Assembly (NCBI GenBank): GCA_965209055.1
Contig: OZ242374.1
Coordinates: forward strand, 512,001-576,000
Source of the DNA: Acidobacteriota bacterium
GTDB lineage: Bacteria > Acidobacteriota > UBA6911 > RPQK01 > JAJDTT01
Direction: 5' to 3'
DNA: 64,000 bases
Made by a program: the position numbers and the translations under genes. Every line of letters begins with the position of its first letter. The first letter of the stretch is position 1. The notes under the pieces were generated by a model that made no database searches, was not told the DNA's origin, and saw only the letters and a program-made list of their open reading frames with translations. Of the stretch, positions 58,197-64,000 are shown one piece after another.

Positions 58197-59456
58197 ATGG
58201 AAGACTGCCTTTCCCGCCGCGATCTCCTGGTTTCTCTCCTCTCCGCGTCCGCCCTGGCCTCGACTGCCCGTCGTGCCTCTCCGGCGTCGGCCTCGCCCGG
58301 CCCGGCGATGCGTATCATCTTCACGACGGCGGGCAGGACGGCCATCATGGACGCTGCCGGCGGGGACCTGCAAGTTCTGGATTTCCAGGAGCCGGACCAG
58401 GTGACGTGGCAGCCGGCCGGGTTCTTCCGCGACGGCCGGAGAATCCTGCTCTTGAGCATGGAAGCGCGCCGGGACGGTCCGGGCCGTCCCTTCGCCCAGT
58501 ACTACACCCGGACCCCCACCCATATCTGGACCTATGACCTCCAGGACAAACGTCTCACCGAAATCGCCACCCGGAACCGGATGGCGGTCTTCTACACTCC
58601 CCAACTGCTGCTGGACGACCAACGCATGTTGGTGCAGGTCTTCCGAGACCAGGTCGGACAGATCTTCAGCATGAACCTGGATGGCAGCGATGCCCGCGAG
58701 TTCACGGCTGCGGGAGAAGGCCTCCCCTACGGCTTCAGCCTGAACCGGGAGAGTCGACGGGTCGCCTTTCACCTGGCCGGCCCGGCGGGTTACCAGGTCT
58801 GGACCAGCGATTTCCAAGGACGCCGCCGCACCCTGGTTGCGGCCCATCCGGACCATCTCTACTTCGGGCCCGCCTGGTCGCCCGACGGAGCATGGCTCGC
58901 CTACCTGGATTGCCGCTTCCGGCAAGATCCGGGTCACGACTGGTCCGATGTCTGCGTCAGCCGCCCCGACGGATCGGAGCAGCGGGTCCTGACCCGGGGA
59001 CAGTCCCACTGGTTCGGCGCCAGCTACGGCAGTCCGGGAAACCGCGGCGGCGGGTCAAATTTGCTCTCTTGGACTCGAGACGGCGCCATTCTCTTTTCGC
59101 GAAAGCTCCCGGGCAGCAAGGTTCCCTGGGAATACCAGCCGCAGCGTCCGGACACGGACCACTTCAACCGCGACTACAAGCCGGAATCGGCCCGGGGCGG
59201 CACGGAGATCTGCCGGATCGACCCCAGCGGCGGCGAAATCCGGTACTTGACCGGGAGCCGCCCCCCCGTCTGGGACCTGAGGGCAAGCGAATCTCCCGAC
59301 GGCCGCACCATCGTTTTCTGCCGGGCCAAGACGGGGCGGATGCCGGAGATCTGGTGCGTGGAGTCCAACGGAAACAACGCCAGGCGCCTCACCCGCGGCC
59401 TGCAGGGCCGGGGAGCCGATCACCCCCGCTGGCTGCCGTTGCGGGAGGGTGGTTAG
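58197..59456 (+). CDS. Tat-exported TolB-like (PD40 repeat) beta-propeller protein
   Basis: SRRDLL twin-arginine leader; M.LDGS..R, P.WSPDG.WLAY, PDGS..R.LT, SPDG..IVF, HPRW. Confidence 0.85.
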   Translation: MEDCLSRRDLLVSLLSASALASTARRASPASASPGPAMRIIFTTAGRTAIMDAAGGDLQVLDFQEPDQVTWQPAGFFRDGRRILLLSMEARRDGPGRPFAQYYTRTPTHIWTYDLQDKRLTEIATRNRMAVFYTPQLLLDDQRMLVQVFRDQVGQIFSMNLDGSDAREFTAAGEGLPYGFSLNRESRRVAFHLAGPAGYQVWTSDFQGRRRTLVAAHPDHLYFGPAWSPDGAWLAYLDCRFRQDPGHDWSDVCVSRPDGSEQRVLTRGQSHWFGASYGSPGNRGGGSNLLSWTRDGAILFSRKLPGSKVPWEYQPQRPDTDHFNRDYKPESARGGTEICRIDPSGGEIRYLTGSRPPVWDLRASESPDGRTIVFCRAKTGRMPEIWCVESNGNNARRLTRGLQGRGADHPRWLPLREGG

Positions 59457-59592
59457 CAGCCCGTGGTAAAAGTCGTCACGGCATTCGACCGTCCCTGCAT
59501 CCCGGCGGGCTGATTCCAAAAATTCCGTAAACTATTCAACCTAAAAGAGTTGAGAATATTTCTTCGACTCTCTTCCCCCCATTATTTCCACC

Positions 59593-60000
59593 TGATCGAA
59601 TCGGATGCCATTGGCCCTTCATGGCCGTGAACGGACGTAACCGTTCGGTTAAGCCGTGGAAGAGAGGTCGGTTGGCATCCTCGCCGCAATGATCAATTCC
59701 CGTTGGGTTGGTGTCGAGCTTGAACCACTTTTCGTGGCAGTAAGACCTCCGTGGGAGAGGCTACCATCAGGTGATCGTCGGCCGCGAAGTCCTTACACTC
59801 CACACGATCCGACCGCATCGTTCCGACGCTATGGGGCAAATTATCCGGTCTGTCCTCCATCCCGTGGGAGGCGGAAGAGTGGCGCTTCCACAGGTGCTCG
59901 CCCCCCATTGAGCGCGAGGCCGCAGGCCCGGCTCAGGAAGTCGATCCCCACGGCTTGACCGAACGGTTACCTGTGGACTCCATGGGCAAGATTCGGGTCA
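59593..60000 (+). repeat. Inverted-repeat-bounded non-coding element (structured RNA or MITE-like)
   Basis: gtaaccgttcggttaagccgtgg (59637-59659) pairs with ccacggcttgaccgaacggttac (59948-59970) at 22 of 23 positions; outer imperfect pairing extends to about 59593/60000. Confidence 0.7.
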
Positions 60001-60405
60001 CGCCTCCAGACCAAGCCATCTCGTGTGGAGGCCGGTGAAGCGCCACAGGTGAATGCCCATGTAGCCCACCGCTCGTTCTAGCAACGCACCGGTCGCTTTC
60101 TACTTGCCTGGTTGGGCAAATAGCCCTGCTCCCGGGCTGCTGCCCCGCTGAACCCTCCGAGTGGAAAGAGAAACACCCGCTGGAAATCCCTGGACAGAAA
60201 GGCTCAACGCTCCCTCGTTGCCCGGAACCCCCTATGGAAAATCGGAGATTTCCCACAGGGTGCTCCCTTCTGCTGACGCCACAACCTGGTGCCCTACACG
60301 GAAGAAAGAAAGACCAGTGGATGAGATCGACGGTCCGATTATTTTCGACCAAGTGAACCTCCTTCACGTCCGGCTCCGGATCGCCGAGAGCCGGATCTTG
60401 GATCA

Positions 60406-61050
60406 TCAGCACAATACCTGAACCGCTAGATACCGGAACTGTCCGTAGCGTACGCTGTCAAATTCCTCATAATCTCGCCATAGGAGCCCATAGGAACGCG
60501 CAAGACAGATGGATTTTTCCCGGCCCTTTTTCGTTCCATCCGACGCATCCTTTGACCAATCCAATTCTTTTTCTTTGGAAACTTGCCGACCGTCATGGAG
60601 GCGGAAAGCAGCGTCCACAATGTCGTCCCGTGCCGGTCGTGTCCAATAAAGGGGATCGTTAGTCAGCAAGACCGCGAAACCAGCTTGAGCTATCCCCCGC
60701 TCTCCGCACACTCGCTCGAGGCGTTGGACGTCTTTCAGAAAGTCGTATCGGCGGAGAGGATAAGCCGCATGGTGGCGGAGCGCGAACGACTCACCGTTGT
60801 GTTCAAATTCGAGTTTTCGGGTGTAGTACTTCAGTTCCACGGCAACGCCGATGTCAGGAAGCCAAAGGTCCAGGTACACTCGTTTTTCCCGAATAGGTCT
60901 GGACTGAAAGGGTTGGTACTCCAGACGAACGCGGAGATCCGGATTTGTGGTGCGAATGCACCACGCCAACGCGTGCTGGAAGTCAGCTTCAGAATGAAAC
61001 ACCGGTCGCTCCTGGGCCAGCGTGCTCATGACGTCGTCGATTTCAATCAT
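60406..61050 (-). CDS. Putative PD-(D/E)XK-fold nuclease
   Basis: FHSEADFQHALAW...RLE...LDLW...VAVELKY...YDFLKDV.RLE...LTND..YW; lower GC than the core genes. Confidence 0.65.
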   Translation of the reverse strand: MIEIDDVMSTLAQERPVFHSEADFQHALAWCIRTTNPDLRVRLEYQPFQSRPIREKRVYLDLWLPDIGVAVELKYYTRKLEFEHNGESFALRHHAAYPLRRYDFLKDVQRLERVCGERGIAQAGFAVLLTNDPLYWTRPARDDIVDAAFRLHDGRQVSKEKELDWSKDASDGTKKGREKSICLARSYGLLWRDYEEFDSVRYGQFRYLAVQVLC

Positions 61051-61511
61051 GATGAGAGTTCGTGTTGGTCAAAGTGCAGCACCGGGCCAACCGGCATTTT
61101 CTCCGAGGATTTGGCCCGCCGGCGAACCGCAGTCTATCCTTTACCCGAATCTTGAACCAATCAGGCCCCCTTTGGCCTGGGTAAAGGGCCTCACGACGTG
61201 GGCCGCGAATAATTGTCGGTAAGTCCGTTACCGTAAATGGTTACGGTTGGACCTTTGACCGCTCTCGCTGAACCCACCCTCAGTGCGAAGGCGTTTTATC
61301 CGGTGCTAGAGCGTGCCGGCCACGTCGCCTGCTTCGCCGCGGCCGGGTTCTTCTCCGCCCGGATCTCGAACCCGAAACAGGTCGGGCCGACGCCCGGGCT
61401 GTCGGGTGGTTCTTCAATTTTTGCGAGCGCGAGGATATGGATCTCGCCCGCGTCACGCGCGGCCCGGCCGGGCGCTTCCTGACTACCGGCTGCTCGGAGG
61501 AGGGTGGACTC

Positions 61512-62837
61512 ATGGAAGGCGACCTGCGGAACCTGATCGACGACCCCCGGTTCCGGGCATACCAGCGGGAACTCCTGACGCCAAGGGAATTCAACACGTT
61601 CGATGTTCTCCGGTACGCGAATTACGAAATCCGCCACAGCAACGTGCTGGCGTGGCTGCTCCGTCCCAACGACACTCACGGTATCGGCACACGGTTCCTG
61701 AAATGGTTCGTCCATCACGTCAATAGGCGACTCGCGGCGGGGGAGATGGAGCGTCTTCCCCAAACCAGCTTCGAGGCGGCGAATGTCGCTGTATGGAGAG
61801 AGCGGGACCACGTCGACGTCACGGTCTGCTTCAAGAGGGAAAAGTGTTTGATTGCCGTCGAGAACAAGACGGAATCCGCATCTTCCGTCCATCGCCACCA
61901 AGTCATGGGCTACGAACGCAAGCTACGACGAAAGCACACGGACCACACGGTGAGAAGTGTCCTGTTGACCACCTCGCCGGACGGAAGCGTCAACTTCCCT
62001 GGTATTGCCCATGTGGGTTGGGGGTCCGTCCACGAAGCCATCCGTGAATTCCTTATGGATGGGGAGTTCCAGTCTCCAAGTGTGCAGGCCTTCATCGAGC
62101 AGTACCTCGACATGGTCGGGAGGTGGTACCGTCCCGCCGCCGGCGAGGGCTTCACGGCGCTTCTCGACGACCATCGCTCCATCCTGAAGGAGATGCGCCG
62201 GGTCCTGGAGAAGGACGGAGACGACGGCGTCCGCGGGATGGTGTCGGAGGATGAAACAGACTGTGGCGCCGCGCTCATCCGGCTGGTGAGACAATCCAGG
62301 CACGATCCGAAGAAACTGAGGTCCAGGGTGGCAAACCATTTAAAGGGCCGGGGCCTTACGCCGGGGTATGCCCACAACCCCTCGCGGCCCGTTTACTGGT
62401 TGGTGTGGACGGACACTACCCTGGCTGACGCCGCGCAGGGCATGGGCGGCCACCGTGGCGCCCTTTCCTGGGACATGGGATTCACACATTATGGCGTCGA
62501 GATGGATTTCAATTTCTACAGCAAGAGCAGCAGGGAGCGTTCGTTCGTGGATCGGCTAAAGAGTTTTATCGAGAAGACGCCGATCAACAGACAGAAATCA
62601 GACGGGTACTCCTTCGTGGACGAGGGATACGGCTGGGAAAGGGTCTATCGCGAGGAGATCCTATCCCACGAAGAACTTGTCGAAATGTCGGCGCCCGAAG
62701 TCGAGGACGAAGTGATCCGAAGATTGAAAGACTTCATGGATTCGGACGATTCGGAGTACAGACGCATTGACGACTACTTCCAGTGCCTTGCCTTCAGATC
62801 GGACGAGTTGGCATCCACGCGAGAGGACTCGCCGTGA
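61512..62837 (+). CDS. PD-(D/E)XK nuclease family protein (PDDEXK_4-like) with long C-terminal extension
   Basis: FN.FDVL....EIRHSN.LAWLL.P...HG.G..FL, RE...VD....IAVENK......HQ..Y. Confidence 0.8.
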   Translation: MEGDLRNLIDDPRFRAYQRELLTPREFNTFDVLRYANYEIRHSNVLAWLLRPNDTHGIGTRFLKWFVHHVNRRLAAGEMERLPQTSFEAANVAVWRERDHVDVTVCFKREKCLIAVENKTESASSVHRHQVMGYERKLRRKHTDHTVRSVLLTTSPDGSVNFPGIAHVGWGSVHEAIREFLMDGEFQSPSVQAFIEQYLDMVGRWYRPAAGEGFTALLDDHRSILKEMRRVLEKDGDDGVRGMVSEDETDCGAALIRLVRQSRHDPKKLRSRVANHLKGRGLTPGYAHNPSRPVYWLVWTDTTLADAAQGMGGHRGALSWDMGFTHYGVEMDFNFYSKSSRERSFVDRLKSFIEKTPINRQKSDGYSFVDEGYGWERVYREEILSHEELVEMSAPEVEDEVIRRLKDFMDSDDSEYRRIDDYFQCLAFRSDELASTREDSP

Positions 62838-62888
62838 CCAGTTGGATGAGTTCAACGCTCTGATGGAGCACGCGCTGGAGCATCCCAC

Positions 62889-63170
62889 GTGGCTCGTGCG
62901 CCGGAGCGGACGGTGAGCGGAGATGCGGGATCGGAAATTCGATTTGAAGCGGTCTATGTGGAGGCTCAGAACGGACGTGGCAACCAGTTCGCTCACGCTT
63001 GCCCACGTTGTGACGAGCGGCTGAAGCGCGAAGGCGACGGGCCCTCGAAACGCTGGCGTGTCGTGAAGCCCGGTCCGGTGGCTCCCTTCGTGGGCGATCG
63101 AGTTCCCCGGTGTCGGTTGTGCAAGCGGCCGCTGGTCCGGGTCGGGAGCCAGCAGCAGGGGTTGTTTTGA
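62889..63170 (+). CDS. Small putative zinc-ribbon protein
   Basis: Two CxxC motifs (CPRC, CRLC); stop overlaps an in-frame TTG of the next ORF. Confidence 0.45.
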   Translation: MARAPERTVSGDAGSEIRFEAVYVEAQNGRGNQFAHACPRCDERLKREGDGPSKRWRVVKPGPVAPFVGDRVPRCRLCKRPLVRVGSQQQGLF

Positions 63171-63391
63171 GGGCTCCAGAAAGATATTTACAGGTGATCT
63201 TTCCCGGAGGAGATTGTGCGATCTTTCGGGCGGAGTCGGTGAAGTGGGATCGGCGCGCCGGAACGTTGACCTTGGCGCGTTCCGGCCGATCCTCCGTGTT
63301 CGAGCATTGGGGGTCGAGCCTTCAGGTCACCGCTTGGAGGTGGGTCGACGGGTCGGTCCGCGACCGGACCTGGAGGCTGAAGAGCCGATAG
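63167..63391 (+). CDS. Small hypothetical protein
   Basis: In-frame TTG at 63167 within ORF 63110..63391, TTGA-coupled to the previous stop. Confidence 0.35.
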   Translation: MRAPERYLQVIFPGGDCAIFRAESVKWDRRAGTLTLARSGRSSVFEHWGSSLQVTAWRWVDGSVRDRTWRLKSR

Positions 63392-63451
63392 GTTGGGAGG
63401 CCCATCAGATCACGACGAGTTGATCTTAAGGAGGGTGAGCGGCTGGAAAAC

Positions 63452-63838
63452 TTGAAGATTGCCGACTTGATCGGCCGCGCGCCGTGGCGGGAAGCCGTCA
63501 CCTACCGGAACACATGGCCCCATGAGTACGTCCTCAGCCGCAAAGATGGCCAGGATGAGTTGATCGAGTTGGTCTGTGCCCGTTTCCGTGCCGGGGAGGG
63601 AGTTGACGGCACCTTCTTCAGTATGCGGAACACCTACCTGTTCATCGGCGAGTACAAATACTGGCTCATGACCCATTGGGACGCTATCGACCTCGACGAT
63701 GGCCAGAACTATGTGCTCAACCGGGCGCGCCTGTATCGCGACCGGCGTGACTTCGTCATTCAGGCTGGAGATACGGGGAAGCGCGAGGACTATCCCACCA
63801 AGCCGCCCAAGCCGCATTCGCCTACTTATTCTGAGTAA
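63452..63838 (+). CDS. Small aromatic-rich hypothetical protein of mobile-element type
   Basis: W.EA.TY...PHEY, G....F.....Y....Y.YW.M, LNRA; good codon usage. Confidence 0.65.
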   Translation: MKIADLIGRAPWREAVTYRNTWPHEYVLSRKDGQDELIELVCARFRAGEGVDGTFFSMRNTYLFIGEYKYWLMTHWDAIDLDDGQNYVLNRARLYRDRRDFVIQAGDTGKREDYPTKPPKPHSPTYSE

Positions 63839-64000
63839 GGCACCCCACCTCGCCGGCTGAAGCGTTCTGGGCAGCTTCTTCTGGTCCTTTTCCCCGCAGG
63901 ATTTCCATTAATTTCAGTTAACAGATGTAGTCCAAAAGATCGTCACCTGTGGAAGGAAAACGCGTACTGATGGTGCGCCTCGCGGCAGCGGGGATTCCGA

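Noticed and set aside
57087-59009. 640-aa minus-strand ORF as a single protein
   Set aside because: The N-terminal half is antisense to the TolB-like gene, and an internal lipobox marks the real N-terminus near 58.1 kb.
59637-59970. Integron attC site, IS200/IS605 end or retron msr-msd interpretation of the inverted repeat
   Set aside because: The span of 334 bp is too long for attC, the arms are not a local IS605-type hairpin, and no integrase, transposase or reverse transcriptase is in the window.
63971-64000. tggtgcgcc... resembling the reverse complement of a tRNA CCA end
   Set aside because: No T-loop match (TTCGAA) at the expected distance; more likely the start of a CDS at ATG 63970 running off the window.

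Overview
GC-rich bacterial chromosome segment with about 50 CDSs and no rRNA, tRNA or CRISPR array that I could support. The many Tat/lipoprotein-exported sialidase-like, sulfatase, GH-like, FG-GAP and Fn3 proteins, plus a PadR/permease-prefix pair, suggest an Acidobacteriota-like and possibly host-associated organism (inference only). The core is a 24 kb co-oriented minus-strand run (8643-32896) with three parts: (i) a nitrogen-flavoured block of circularly permuted ATP-grasp, amtB, alpha-E, transglutaminase, an orphan hydantoinase/oxoprolinase B and an alginate-export-type porin; (ii) a partner-switching signalling set of STAS, REC-PP2C, RsbW, a periplasmic binding protein and a TorS-like kinase, in which STAS and RsbW occur twice; (iii) between those two copies, hpnCDE (squalene synthesis, no cyclase in the window) followed by an MpaB/Lcp-type isoprenoid-cleaving heme oxygenase and an MMPL/LolA-like/outer-membrane-barrel lipid transport triad. 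Part (iii) with its flanking regulators is my best candidate for an undescribed system. The right end (from about 59.5 kb) is a lower-GC accessory region with a long inverted-repeat-bounded non-coding element, two PD-(D/E)XK-like nucleases and small phage/plasmid-like ORFs. All calls come from reading motifs by eye; no searches were run.
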